The notes beneath the pieces were generated by a model. That model ran no database searches. It was given only the letters and a program-made list of their open reading frames with translations, and was not told the DNA's origin. From Candidatus Bathyarchaeota archaeon (GTDB lineage: Archaea > Thermoproteota > Bathyarchaeia > Bathyarchaeales > Bathyarchaeaceae), in the NCBI GenBank assembly GCA_963697165.1, contig CAVOMX010000012.1, forward strand, positions 64,001 to 128,000: 64,000 nt of DNA. The letters are read 5' to 3'. A program made the translations under genes and the position numbers. Within the stretch, counting starts at the first letter, position 1. Each line of letters opens with the position of its first letter. Below are positions 1 through 11,251 of this stretch, piece by piece.

Positions 1-1062
1 CCCATCATTCCTGGAATAGTATTGTATTTGTCTTGGTAGGCAGCCACGTAGTCATCCATTGCCGACAGATAGAAGGGTGGTCCAGCGTAGGAAGCAAATT
101 TTGATTCTAGTAGTTGGCGATCACCCCATTCTCCGAGTGCAGTGTAAAACTCTGGCTCTTCACAGCATTCGACTGCTATGTAAATACTGTTTAATCCAAC
201 ATCGTTTTGTCCTTGTTTATAAATTGTGGCGGTGTTTCCTGTAAAGTCTACGACATAAACTGCGTCAGGTTTAGCTGCTTTAACGTTTGTTAGTTCTGCT
301 TGGAAGGTTGTTGTGGTTATAGGATAGCTTTGTTCGGCAACAATATCTATTGGCAGGTTGTCCGCTTCGATGAAGTGTTTGGTTGCATCCCAAACTCCTT
401 TTCCAAAAGCGTCGTCACGGTAAAGAACCGCAAGCCTAAGATTCCTTGTAATACCGTATTCACTTGCAAGCAAAGGTTTCATGGCTTCAGCAAAGAAATG
501 AGCAACTGTTTCTGAATAGTGATATGTGGTGGTACAATAGTGGAACATGTAACTCATTCCATCCGCATCGGTTATTCGCAACGGAGAGTCTGCTGGAAGA
601 CCACCATAGTTAGCCTGTGGACCTCTTCTTGTAACAAGATGACTTGAAGCACCTGTTATAATGTAGGGAACACGAGCTTCGATGGCTGGAACTTGACCTG
701 CAAGGGTAGCTCCACTTCCGAATCCTCCGATGAGGAGATCAACTTCTTCCTGTGAAATTAGCCGCGTGACTTCGTTTACTGCAGCATCTGGATTAGCGTT
801 TTCTGTGTCTCCAGTTACCAACTGAATAGTAAGGTTCTTACCCAGAGAGGACACGTAAACGCCACCCATAGCGTTGATTTCTTCAACGGCCATTCTGGCT
901 GCACGATCCATGTCTTGTCCGACGGGTATTTGGTATGGCGCAACTAGACCTATTTTGATTGTTGACTCTGATGTCGGATGATGTTAGTTGCCAAGCAGCA
1001 ACGGATCCAGCGACAACTACGATCACAATGACAATTGCAGCAAGTAGTTTCTTGTTTATCAT
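1..1062 (-). CDS. Branched-chain amino acid (LivJ/K-type) ABC transporter substrate-binding protein; runs off window start; one apparent frameshift near 965
   Basis: Manual translation: N-terminal anchor MINKKLLAAIVIVIVVVAG, then after a frame change TIKIGLVAPY...ARMAVEEINAMGGV...VDLLIGGFGSG...YRDDAFGKG, typical of Liv-family binding proteins; livF/livG nearby. Confidence 0.85.
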
Positions 1063-1111
1063 CTTAGTTTCCTCTAACTTCGTTAGTATTGCATTTAAAT
1101 TGTTAATAAAA

Positions 1112-1702
1112 TTAACCCACGTTTACTTGTTCTCTGCCGATTTTGAAGGCTTCAAGATTAAGCGCTACGTATTTTTCTTTGAGCCTACCTGCGATAGCCT
1201 TCTCCAGTGACTCTTTTGTAACTGGATTCTCGGGGATGCCTGAGAGGGCTCCAAGAAGGACTGTGTTAACCACCAGAATGTTTCCAAGCCTGTTGGCGAT
1301 GCCGATTCCATCGACTTCATACACTTTGTGTGCCCTACCTTTTATTATGCCTAAAATCTTTTCATGATTCAAAACAGATGAACCCCCAACAGATGTGCTT
1401 GGCGGTATATACTTGGTATTCACTATAACTGTCCCATTTTTGTTCAACATCGGGAGAACCCTTGCAGCTTCAAGCATTTCAAACCCTAAGATTATGTCAG
1501 CTTTTCCAGACTCTATCAACGGAGCTTGAACCTTTTCGCCAACCCTAACATGCGCAACTATTGAGCCACCTCTTTGAGCCATTCCATGAACTTCCGCCTT
1601 TGCAACATCCCAGCCGTCAATGAGAGCCGCCTCACAAAAAATGTCACTAGCAACAACGATGCCCTGTCCGCCTACACCAGAAAAAACAATGTTCAACACC
1701 AT
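1112..1702 (-). CDS. iorB: Indolepyruvate:ferredoxin oxidoreductase beta subunit
   Basis: GVGGQG, EVHGMAQRGGS and N-x-V-LLG motifs; directly downstream of iorA. Confidence 0.93.
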   Translation of the reverse strand: MVLNIVFSGVGGQGIVVASDIFCEAALIDGWDVAKAEVHGMAQRGGSIVAHVRVGEKVQAPLIESGKADIILGFEMLEAARVLPMLNKNGTVIVNTKYIPPSTSVGGSSVLNHEKILGIIKGRAHKVYEVDGIGIANRLGNILVVNTVLLGALSGIPENPVTKESLEKAIAGRLKEKYVALNLEAFKIGREQVNVG

Positions 1703-3894
1703 CTACTTTTTGCTCCTTATCACATCAAAAGGACAAATCTCTTCACAGACTCCACAACCATAACAGAGGGTCGGATCAATCTCAGCACGTTCAGAAGTGA
1801 GAGAAATCGCAGGACAACCAAACTGTTCAACGCACACACCACACGCGTTGCATTCTTCCAAAACCTCCCTCTTTGGACCCTTTTTAACCAAAAGAGGGCA
1901 AGGTCTTCGAGATATTATAACAGAGGGACCGCGGTAATCTAAAATTTCACGTATAACTTTCCTTGCGTTTTCAACATCGTACGGGTCAACGATCTCTACT
2001 TTCTCGATTCCCAAGCTTCTTGCAACATCTGCCAACTCTATTACTTTTGTTTGTTCGCCTAAAGCATTCTTTCCAGAACCCGGTGTCGGCTGATGCCCCG
2101 TCATTGCCACAGGTACGATTATCCAATATTACTACACAGACGTTTGATTTGTTGTATGCGATGTTTAGTAAACCCGGCATTCCGCCATGAAAGAACGTTG
2201 AATCGCCTATTACCGCAAAAACTTTGTCTTTGACTCCCGCGTGAATCATGCCTGCAGCCTGCGAAATTCCGGCACCCATACAGAGGCAGGTTTGAACAGT
2301 ATTCACGGGTGCCATGAATCCTAGAGTGTAGCAGCCTATGTCGCCTGTGACAATTTTGTCTGTTGTTTTGCCTTTAAGGCTCAGTGCACTTTCGGGGCAC
2401 CATTGAATGCACACAGGCTCGCCATCACATGTGTCACATATTAGCGCTTTCCGTGTGCTGGGATGCAGGGTTATTGCCCCGTATTTGCATGCTTGGATGC
2501 ACCAGCCGCATCCATTGCATTTTTCTTCATCAACTGTTATTGTCTTATCATCGGTTGACTGAAGTAAAGCATCTTTTGGGCAGGATGTAACACATGGAGC
2601 TTCTTCGCAGGTTCTGCAAGTTACAGCAATATTGGATAACGTATCAAGTCGTACAGCTCTTATTCTGGACTTAACTGGATTGAAGGTTGCCTCCTTCTCA
2701 AATGAGCAAACATACTCGCATACGACGCAGCCATTACACTTTTTGGGGTTACAGTCAACAAATTGGTTAACCGTATTCAGGGCATAATAGAATGCTCTAT
2801 GTGGACATCCTGGACAGAGCACAGGAGGACGAGATGGCAAATCCAAGCTGTTTTGCAGTTCCGTCTTCTCGCATAACCCCAAACCCACAAAAGCGGCTTT
2901 AACTATATCGGGAGTAAACTCGCCAATTTCCTCTAGTGCTGTATTGTTTTTTCCCAAAATGTGCAGGATGCAAGCATTTAATTCTATTTTCAATGTATGG
3001 TCGTAATTCTTCAACAACAATTATTTTTTTGACTTTGGACGCAAACTTCTTGAAAACTTGCTTAGGAAACGGATACACAAAACCCAGTTTCAGCCAAGAA
3101 AACTGGTTTGAATCCAACACCGACCTTGCATAGTAATAGCCTATGCCGCTACCTACAATCCCAATTTCTTTTCCATTATCCTCAATAACATTGAACTTTG
3201 AGCGGTCAACAAGCTCGGTTGCCTCTTCCAGTTTTTCCTTGAGGATTCTGTGCCGTTTAATCGCGTTCGAGGGCACCATAACCCATCTTGAGGCATCCTT
3301 GTCAAACTCGGCTTTTCGAGGACTCCTGGCAATCTCCTTAATTTTGACGCGCCCTTTTCCGTGAGCCACACGAGTAGTTAAACGAACAATCACAGGCAAT
3401 TGCAGTCTTTCACTTATTTTGAATGCTTCGCGGGTCATATCTAATGCTTCTTGAGGATTACCTGCATCAAAAAGAGGAATATCTGAGTGAACCGCAAAAT
3501 ATCGTGTATCCTGCTCATTTTGGCTGCTGTGCATTGCCGGATCGTCGCAGACGGCAATGACCAAACCGCCTTTAACTCCAGTATAAGCAAGAGTCATGGC
3601 AGCGTCAGCAGCGACGTTCAACCCAACATGCTTCATAGAAACGATGGCTCGTACACCCGCCATTGATGCACCAGCAGCCACTTCCAAGGCAACTATTTCG
3701 TTTATGCTCCATTCAGCGTATATTCCAAAGTTTTTGGCTGCATCAGCGATTGTTTCAAGAATTTCCGTTGAAGGCGTTCCAGGGTATGCGGTTGCCACTT
3801 GTACTCCAGCTTCTACAGCGCCCCTTGCGACTGCTTCGTCGCCATTGAGCAACAGGAAACTGCCAGGTTTGTCAACAGCTATCTTTGCGTTCAT
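1703..3894 (-). CDS. iorA: Indolepyruvate:ferredoxin oxidoreductase alpha subunit with an inserted 4x[4Fe-4S] domain; split into three ORFs by frameshifts (~2988, ~2110)
   Basis: AYPGTPSTE, MKHVGLNVAAD, SSQNEQD, RPPVLCPGCPHR, GDIGC, GDSTFFH, AMTGHQP and a C-terminal 2x[4Fe-4S] domain. Confidence 0.92.
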
Positions 3895-3907
3895 TCCGAT
3901 TAAGCCT

Positions 3908-5224
3908 TCAAATCTTGCCTGAGCGCATATCTAAGACCCGTTTTGCTTTTCCCTCGGTCCTAGGGAGATCTCCAGGTTTTACAAGTTCGATAAGCGGTGA
4001 AAGCCCAGTGATGTTGTTTACTTTCTGGTTGATTTTAAGCTTCAATGCTGTCAACTCTTCTGGGGTGCTCTTTACGCTTTTTTCTGTCAGTTCTGCTTTT
4101 ATTGTGAAAACATCCAGTGCGCCTGGTCTTTCAAGAATTATTTGATACTGTGCCGCCAATTCAGGAAGTCCCATTATTGCATATTCTATCTGTGACGGAA
4201 ACACGTTGACGCCTCGTATGATCATCATGTCGTCTGATCTTCCTCTGATTCTCATCATTCTGGAGTGGCTTCGTCCACATTCACATTGTTCTGTTTCAAT
4301 AACTGAAATGTCTCTTGTTCTGAACCGCAGAATGGGGAGACCCGTTTTTGTGAGTGTCGTAAAAACCAGTTCGCCTTCTTCTCCTGCGGGTAATACGTCG
4401 CCCGTTTTTGGGTCAATAGTTTCAATGAGGAAGTGATCCTCCCAGATGTGCAAACCGCTATGTTCACGGCATTCCACTGAAACTCCTGGACCACACAATT
4501 CAGTCAATCCATATATGTCGAAAGCTTCAATTTCTAGTTCGTTCTCGATTCTTTCTCTTATTCTCTCCGACCAAGGTTCTGCCCCAAAGAGACCCATTCT
4601 AAGTTTAAGGTCAGTTCCGGGGTTGATTCCTTCTTTAGCCAATGCTTCAGCAAGGTAGATTGCATAACTGGGCGTGCAACACAGGACTGTTGAACCTAAA
4701 TCGTTCATGAGTTTTATTTGTCTCTGTGTCATTCCGCCGCTGATGGGAATGATTGTTGTTCCGATTTTTTGAGCACCATAATGAAAGCCGAGACCGCCTG
4801 TAAATAGGCCATAGCCATAAGCGTTGTGCATTACATCCTGTCTTCTAACACCCGTGGCATATAGTGATCTTGCCATTAATTCTGCCCAAACATCCATGTC
4901 ATTTGTGGTGTATGCTCCAACCACCGGATTCCCTGTTGTTCCACTCGATGCATGTATTTCAACAATGTCATCAAGATGAACGGAAACCATTCCAAATGGA
5001 TAATTATCTCTTAAATCATTCTTTGAAGTGAAAGGAATTTTTTGTGCATCCTCTAGCGTCTTTATGTCATCGGGTGTTATTCCGTGACTTTTGAATTTGT
5101 TACGGTAAAATGCCGAGTTTTCGTAACAATACTTCACTTGCTTTTTGAGGAGTTTAAGTTGATGTTTCCTTAGTTCGTCTCTGGTTGCGGTTTCGACTTT
5201 TTTGTTCCAGTATACGTCAGCCAT
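3908..5224 (-). CDS. paaK: Phenylacetate-CoA ligase family protein
   Basis: HASSGTTGNP, YGYGLFTGGLG, GAEPWS, DIYGLTE, GRSDDM..IRGVNVFPSQIE, GKAKRV. Confidence 0.93.
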   Translation of the reverse strand: MADVYWNKKVETATRDELRKHQLKLLKKQVKYCYENSAFYRNKFKSHGITPDDIKTLEDAQKIPFTSKNDLRDNYPFGMVSVHLDDIVEIHASSGTTGNPVVGAYTTNDMDVWAELMARSLYATGVRRQDVMHNAYGYGLFTGGLGFHYGAQKIGTTIIPISGGMTQRQIKLMNDLGSTVLCCTPSYAIYLAEALAKEGINPGTDLKLRMGLFGAEPWSERIRERIENELEIEAFDIYGLTELCGPGVSVECREHSGLHIWEDHFLIETIDPKTGDVLPAGEEGELVFTTLTKTGLPILRFRTRDISVIETEQCECGRSHSRMMRIRGRSDDMMIIRGVNVFPSQIEYAIMGLPELAAQYQIILERPGALDVFTIKAELTEKSVKSTPEELTALKLKINQKVNNITGLSPLIELVKPGDLPRTEGKAKRVLDMRSGKI

Positions 5225-5238
5225 AACGAAATCTCCAA

Positions 5239-5943
5239 TTAAATGCCCAAATATAATTCTTTGATATGATCATTAGACAGCAGTTTTCTCCCTTCGCCTT
5301 CTATTATAATCTTGCCTTCTTCAAGAACGTAGCCTCTATCGGCGATATTCAACGAATCGCGGATGTTTTGCTCAACCAGAAGGATGGCAACCCCTTCGTC
5401 GTTTATTTGCCGTAACGTATCCAATACTTTGGCTACGATTATGGGGGCTAAACCCAGCGATGGCTCATCAAGTATTAAGAGTTCAGGATTTGACATCATG
5501 CTTCTGCCTATGACCAGCATCTGCTGTTCTCCTCCGCTGAGATTCTGAGCCAGGGTTTTCTCTTTTTTTCGTAGAACAGGAAAAATTTGGTAAATACGTT
5601 CCTTTGATGCCATAACTTGGTGTTTATCCTTTATCGTGTAAGCGCCCAAAAGCATGTTCTCTTCAACAGTCATTCTTGGAAAAATTTCTCTGCCTTCAGG
5701 AATCATAGTTACTCCTTTCTTAACAATTTCATATGGCGGCAAGTTTTCGATGTTTTCGCCTTTAAAACGGATAGCTCCACTTTTTGCGGGCAACAACCCC
5801 ATAATAGTTTTGACTAGTGATGTTTTGCCTGCACCATTAGGACCAATTATGCTAACTATCTCTTTTTCTTTAATCTTGAATGAGACATCCCACAGGATTT
5901 GAATCATACCATATGCTGCAGAAACATTTTCGATTTCTAACAT
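5239..5943 (-). CDS. livF: Branched-chain amino acid ABC transporter ATP-binding protein
   Basis: GPNGAGKT, LSGGEQQM, LDEPSLGLAP, LVEQN. Confidence 0.9.
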   Translation of the reverse strand: MLEIENVSAAYGMIQILWDVSFKIKEKEIVSIIGPNGAGKTSLVKTIMGLLPAKSGAIRFKGENIENLPPYEIVKKGVTMIPEGREIFPRMTVEENMLLGAYTIKDKHQVMASKERIYQIFPVLRKKEKTLAQNLSGGEQQMLVIGRSMMSNPELLILDEPSLGLAPIIVAKVLDTLRQINDEGVAILLVEQNIRDSLNIADRGYVLEEGKIIIEGEGRKLLSNDHIKELYLGI

Positions 5944-6698
5944 TGTTGTTCCTCATCAAAAGAAATTTTTTTGCCCAAGTACACTTTGATTACGTTCTCA
6001 TCATTGCATACTTCTTCAGGTTTTCCTTCACATATTTTCTCGCCATGATGGAGAACGGTTACTCGGTCACATAGCCCCATAATTACTCTCATAACATGTT
6101 CCACTATGAGTAAAGTTACTCCTTGTTTGTTGATGCGTTTTATCAAAGCAATTGCTTCGTTGCTTTCTTTTGGCGTCAAACCGGTTAGAAGCTCGTCCAA
6201 TAGAAGCAATTTAGGTGATGTAGCCAAAGCTCTTGCAAGCTGGACACGCCTCAATTCTATAACATTCAAATTTCTAGCAGGAATATTGAACTTTTCTTTG
6301 CCTAAACCTACAAAATCCAAAAGTTCTTTAGCTTTGTCCGATGAATCTTGTTCATTTTCTTCTTCTTTTCTGCCAAAAAGCACCCCAATGTACACATTTT
6401 CGAGCGTAGTCATATCAGGAAAAGATTGGACCGTTTGAGACGTTTTTGTTATCCCTTTAGAACAGATTAGATGTGAAGGAAGTTTTGAAATGTCTTCATT
6501 CAAAAACATAACTTTACCAGAGTCCGGTTTGTAAATTCCACTAATTACGTTCAGTAGAGTTGATTTCCCGGAACCATTAGGTCCCACAAGCCCAGTGATT
6601 TCATTTTCATTAACTGTGAAATTCACCTGTTTTAATGCTTTGAGACCTCCAAACTCTTTTGAGACTTCAATACATCGAAGCAAGTCTATGATCTCCAA
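5937..6698 (-). CDS. livG: Branched-chain amino acid ABC transporter ATP-binding protein
   Basis: FGGLKAL, GPNGSGKST, LARALA, LLDE, VEHVM, VIKVYLG. Confidence 0.88.
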   Translation of the reverse strand: MEIIDLLRCIEVSKEFGGLKALKQVNFTVNENEITGLVGPNGSGKSTLLNVISGIYKPDSGKVMFLNEDISKLPSHLICSKGITKTSQTVQSFPDMTTLENVYIGVLFGRKEEENEQDSSDKAKELLDFVGLGKEKFNIPARNLNVIELRRVQLARALATSPKLLLLDELLTGLTPKESNEAIALIKRINKQGVTLLIVEHVMRVIMGLCDRVTVLHHGEKICEGKPEEVCNDENVIKVYLGKKISFDEEQQC

Positions 6699-6769
6699 AG
6701 TATAGAATGAAATGTTAGCTATGTGAAAATATAAATATTCTTTATGCCTCCTTGAATTGGGGAGAGACG

Positions 6770-7225
6770 ATGATAATAAAACAAGTAAGTGTCTTCTTAG
6801 ATAACAGGCCTGGTTCGTTATCGGAAGTAATTGAGCATATTGACAAGTTTCAAATTAAGATATTTGCGTTGTCAATCGCTGATGCTGGCGAATTTGGGTT
6901 AATTAGAATGATAACTGAAGACCCTGAAAGAGCTAAAAAACATTTGGAAGACGCAGATTTCATTCTCGCAAAATCAAAAAAGAATACAGAAATAATAGTT
7001 ATTCTGATAACCGAAAACGGTAAGGTCTCCAAAATCGCAAAGATTCTAGGCGATGATAATTTGAACATCGAGTATGCTTATTCATCTGCGGTGCTAATAG
7101 ATGGAAAACTTGCGGTTGTTCTAAGAGTTAAGGATTTGAATAAAGCTGAAAAAATTCTTAGAGAAAATAATATACCCATTCTTTCCTTGGATGAAATAAA
7201 AAAAAGCTTTGAAAAAAGCAGTTGA
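6770..7225 (+). CDS. ACT-domain (amino acid-binding) protein
   Basis: KQVSVFLDNRPGSL...SIAD..FG..R, second ACT repeat NIEYAY; family commonly found beside paaK/ior. Confidence 0.85.
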   Translation: MIIKQVSVFLDNRPGSLSEVIEHIDKFQIKIFALSIADAGEFGLIRMITEDPERAKKHLEDADFILAKSKKNTEIIVILITENGKVSKIAKILGDDNLNIEYAYSSAVLIDGKLAVVLRVKDLNKAEKILRENNIPILSLDEIKKSFEKSS

Positions 7226-7506
7226 CAAACATGTTAGATTATTTCACTAGCTGATTAAAATTCCACAACGCCAATTTTTGATAATAAAATTCCGATAAAA
7301 TTTATGTTACTTCTAGAATTATCTTTCATAGGACTTTTTTTAACCTAGTTTAACTTTTTAATAAATGGAGAATGTAGCGATCATCGCAGCTGTTGCAGTA
7401 GGGATGCTGATTCTTCGAACTAGAAACCTCACTAACTTTTATTATCTTCAAAACAACACCCTCACAAATATCAAAGTCGTAAAGCCACTTTTTAGAATAG
7501 CCATTA

Positions 7507-8476
7507 CTATGTCGCCAGTATCTGTGCGAGTTTCATTAGGTTTAGGTCTAGTAGTTTTTCGTTTGTGCATACTTTTTCTAGACTTATGCTGGTCACTTTT
7601 CCATTCTCTAGCCCAACCATCCTGTTTCTTTGCTTGTTTAGTAGGAGTTCTATGGCTTTGTTTCCGAACAGGTTGGCTAGGAGCCTGCTTCTTGCTGTTG
7701 GGTTTCCTCCTCTCTGTGCATAACCTGTAATGCTCAACCGCACCTCTACCCCAGCCTTCTTCGCAATATCTTTCAGCAGTTTGCGGGTGTCACCGATTCC
7801 CTCCGCAGCCACAATAATGCCTGACTTCTTGCCCTTAGCACCATTAACCTCTAACGTGTGAACAATAGCTCTCTACGCTATACTCAACTTCAGGAACTAG
7901 AATCACCTCGGCCCCAACAGTTAACCCAATCATGAGCGCAAGAAAGCCCCGTTTCCGTCCCATAACCTCAACAACAAAGATTCTCTCATGAGAATTTGCG
8001 GTATCCCTGATCTTGTCGATCTCCCCAATCGCCGTATTCAATGCAGTGTCAAAGCCTATCGTCTCGTCAGTCCCAAACACGTCATTATCAATCGTTGCGG
8101 GAACCCCAACAATAACCGCATCAGACACCTTACTCAACTCTAAGGCTCCACGCAACGAACCATCACCGCCAACCACAACCAGTCCATCAACCCCATTCAA
8201 GGCAAGAGCGTCCGCAGCTCTCCGTACGCCCTCAGGCTTTCGGAACTCTGGACTCCTTGACGTCCGAAGAATCGTACCGCCAACATGAAGAATGCCGCCA
8301 ACATTACGCGGAGTCAACTCCCTAAACCTGTTAGAGATTAAGCCATCCCATCCCCGCTCAAAACCCACAACCTCCAAACTCTTAGAATAAGCAACACGAG
8401 TAACCGCCCGTATCGCAGCATTCATTCCGGGAGCATCTCCCCCGCTTGTCACCAAACCAATCCTCTTCAACAACAT
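7507..8476 (-). CDS. pfkA: ATP-dependent 6-phosphofructokinase, PfkA family; frameshift ~7870
   Basis: TSGGDAPGMNAAIR, GGTILRTSR, GGDGS, PATIDND, VEVMGR, AEG, QRGG. Confidence 0.92.
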
Positions 8477-8602
8477 CTCCCCATTCTGTAACTGTTCAAT
8501 ATGAAACAGTAGTTCTAACCAAAATAATAAACTTGAGGACTACTTGTCCGCAAACCTCGCTTTTACAATTAACTTTAATAGCTTCTTTCAGGACATTATC
8601 CA

Positions 8603-9238
8603 ATGAAAACGGAGGAACAGCATTTGAGTGACGAAGCACAAGGTCGATATTACATGCCCGGAGCCACCACAATAGGCCTAGTTTTTGATGGCGGCGTAAT
8701 CTTAGCATCAGAAAAAAGAGTCACATACGGCTCCATGATAATGAGCAAAACAGGAAAAAAGGTCTTCAGAATCGCCGACCAAGTCGGCGCAGCATGCGCA
8801 GGACTAGTCTCCGACATGCAAATTTTGACGCGAGAAATTGAAGCCCAAGCAAAACTGTTTGTATTAGACACAAAGAGATCCATGCCCGTAAATGCAGCCG
8901 CCAAACTCATGTCAAATGTTCTCTTCAACAGACGCATGATTCCTTTAATCACCCAAACAATCGTAGGCGGAATGGACGATGACGGACCAGCACTATACGT
9001 GCTTGACGTTCTCGGATCTCTATTGCCTGACACCTACGCTGCCGTGGGTTCAGGAGCCCAAATGGCAACAGGAGTCCTCGAAGAAGGGTACAAAGACAAC
9101 ATGTCCATGAAAGACGCAAAAACGCTGGTTCTAACAGCCATAAAATCTGCTATACGCCGAGACGTAATGAGCGGCGATGGTGTAGACTTGATGATCATTA
9201 CAAAGGGTGGAATCCAAGAAGAAAGCACCAACTTCTGA
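8603..9238 (+). CDS. psmB: 20S proteasome beta subunit, probably non-catalytic (Thr1 position is Ala); start uncertain
   Basis: GATTIGL...LASEKRVT...[24 protein letters not shown]. Confidence 0.92.
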   Translation: MKTEEQHLSDEAQGRYYMPGATTIGLVFDGGVILASEKRVTYGSMIMSKTGKKVFRIADQVGAACAGLVSDMQILTREIEAQAKLFVLDTKRSMPVNAAAKLMSNVLFNRRMIPLITQTIVGGMDDDGPALYVLDVLGSLLPDTYAAVGSGAQMATGVLEEGYKDNMSMKDAKTLVLTAIKSAIRRDVMSGDGVDLMIITKGGIQEESTNF

Positions 9239-9341
9239 TCCGTCCCAAACCTATTTTTTATGCCCCTGTTGCGGGCATCTTTTATTCAGAAACTTTAATA
9301 CCATTAGGGTTGCCTTTCCAGTATGTCAGGGGCAAAACAAC

Positions 9342-9959
9342 ATGACGTTTCATTTGACACTCGTAGAAGGCAAATTTCTCGTAAAATTGGCAAGACAATC
9401 AGTAACAGATTATCTAACAAACGGGAAAGTCTTGCAGGTTCCTGAGAACATTTCACCTAAACTGATGGAGCCTTGTGGCGTCTTTGTCACATTAAACCGC
9501 GTCCATGAAGAAACAAAAATGTTGAGGGGCTGTATTGGTCTTCCTTATCCCACAACTCCTTTCGCTCAGGCTATTATAGAGGCTGCAGTCAGCGCCGCAA
9601 CCCAAGACCCACGTTTCCCGCCAGTTGTCCTAAAAGAACTTGACCAGATAATCTTTGAGGTTAGCGTCTTGACTCCCCCTGAACTTGTTAAAGCCGAAAA
9701 ACCAACAGATTACCCGTCAAAAATAGAAGTTGGACGCGACGGACTCATAATCGAAAACGGCTACCATAAAGGTCTGTTGTTGCCGCAGGTGCCTGTTGAA
9801 CTAGACTGGAACAAAGAAGAGTTCCTCTGCCAAACCTCCATGAAGGCAGGGCTTCCGCCCGATGCTTGGCTGTTGAAGAATACAAAAATATACAGGTTCC
9901 AAGCAATCATCTTTGAAGAAGAAACCCCAAAAGGCGAAATTAAACTAAAAAAAATCTAA
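9342..9959 (+). CDS. AMMECR1-domain protein
   Basis: GVFVTL, LRGCIG, DPRFPPV, EVSVLT, GLLLPQV, KAGL. Confidence 0.9.
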   Translation: MTFHLTLVEGKFLVKLARQSVTDYLTNGKVLQVPENISPKLMEPCGVFVTLNRVHEETKMLRGCIGLPYPTTPFAQAIIEAAVSAATQDPRFPPVVLKELDQIIFEVSVLTPPELVKAEKPTDYPSKIEVGRDGLIIENGYHKGLLLPQVPVELDWNKEEFLCQTSMKAGLPPDAWLLKNTKIYRFQAIIFEEETPKGEIKLKKI

Positions 9960-9974
9960 AGGAAACTGCATATT

Positions 9975-11156
9975 ATGCGTGTTCTGTTCACTCCTTCTGG
10001 TGTGGGATTGGGTCATGTTGGTCGATGCATCCCCATAGCCAGAAGGCTTGAACTGGACGGAGCCCAGATTCTATTTTCTACTTACCGCGAAGGCTTAAAG
10101 TATGTTCAACAGGAAGGCTTCCAAGCTGTTGAGGCACCAGACATCGGAGTTGCAGTTAAGCCCGACGGAAGCATAGACTTCAGGTTAACAACAGTAAATC
10201 CTGGACCATTCTTGTCCGTTTACACCATCATGAAGCAGGTTGACGCTGAAATCAATTTTATACAAGCCTTCAAGCCAGACATTGTGGTTTCGGATTCGCG
10301 AGCATCCTCTCTTGTTGCTGCAAAACTGCTGGACATACCCAGAATATGTATTCTAAACCAATTTCAGGTATTTATTCCTCGACGACAAAGGTTCCTGAAG
10401 CTTGCCAGAATAGCAGACGCCACCACTTTGACTCTTGTCGGAAGAGTATGGGCAGATGTAATTCAGGTCTTGATTCCAGACTTTCCTCCACCCTACACTA
10501 TTTCAACCAGAAATCTGTATATTCCAAAGGCTTACCACAAAAAAACGAAGTTCATAGGTCCAATTCTTCCTGTAATCCCAAAAGATTTGGCTGAAAAAAA
10601 GCAGCTTCGAAAGAAACTTGGTTTAGCAGATGATAAACCTATTGTCTTTGCGCCCATCAGCGGACCCGCAAAGGAGCGCGCCTACTTCACGGGACTCCTC
10701 AGGCAAATATTCAGCAAGTTTCCAGATGATTATCAGATAGTCATGTCTCTTGGCTACCCGAAATCTTCAACAGAACCCGTCAATGGCGAAAATCTGATTA
10801 TCCACGGGTGGATTCCGAACCGTTTCGAGTATCTGAAAGCTTGTGATGTTGTGGTTTCTAGGGGTGGTCATGGAACGTTGTCACAGTCGGTCTGTTATGG
10901 GAAGCCAATAATTCTTGTTCCTACGCCCAGTCACACCGAACAACTCAACAACGCCAAAAAGGCAGTTGACTTAGGAGTTGCAGAGCTTATCCTGCAAGAA
11001 GACCTTAATTTGGATGTTCTGTTGAAAGCTGTAAAAAAACTTTTGGAAACCAGTTTTCAGCAAAAGTCAGAGAATCTCCAGAAAGAAGTTATGCAGTGGA
11101 ACGGATTGGAAGCCGCCGTAAAAATAATCGCAGATAATGCACAAAAGAAACTATGA
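9975..11156 (+). CDS. GT-B glycosyltransferase (MurG-like, family 28)
   Basis: GVGLGHVGR N-terminal motif; VVSRGGHGT; PTPSHTEQ..NA. Confidence 0.8.
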   Translation: MRVLFTPSGVGLGHVGRCIPIARRLELDGAQILFSTYREGLKYVQQEGFQAVEAPDIGVAVKPDGSIDFRLTTVNPGPFLSVYTIMKQVDAEINFIQAFKPDIVVSDSRASSLVAAKLLDIPRICILNQFQVFIPRRQRFLKLARIADATTLTLVGRVWADVIQVLIPDFPPPYTISTRNLYIPKAYHKKTKFIGPILPVIPKDLAEKKQLRKKLGLADDKPIVFAPISGPAKERAYFTGLLRQIFSKFPDDYQIVMSLGYPKSSTEPVNGENLIIHGWIPNRFEYLKACDVVVSRGGHGTLSQSVCYGKPIILVPTPSHTEQLNNAKKAVDLGVAELILQEDLNLDVLLKAVKKLLETSFQQKSENLQKEVMQWNGLEAAVKIIADNAQKKL

Positions 11157-11251
11157 TAGTATTATTTGTTATGCCTGTCTCATTAGATTATCTGACTGTC
11201 TAGATAATAACACAACAGTTACATAAGCCCAACAACAAGCCGCTGAATATG

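Noticed and set aside
1..7225. liv-paaK-ior-ACT cluster as a novel system
   Set aside because: This is a known arrangement in anaerobic archaea and bacteria for aryl-acid/aromatic amino acid metabolism; only the IorA insertion is unusual
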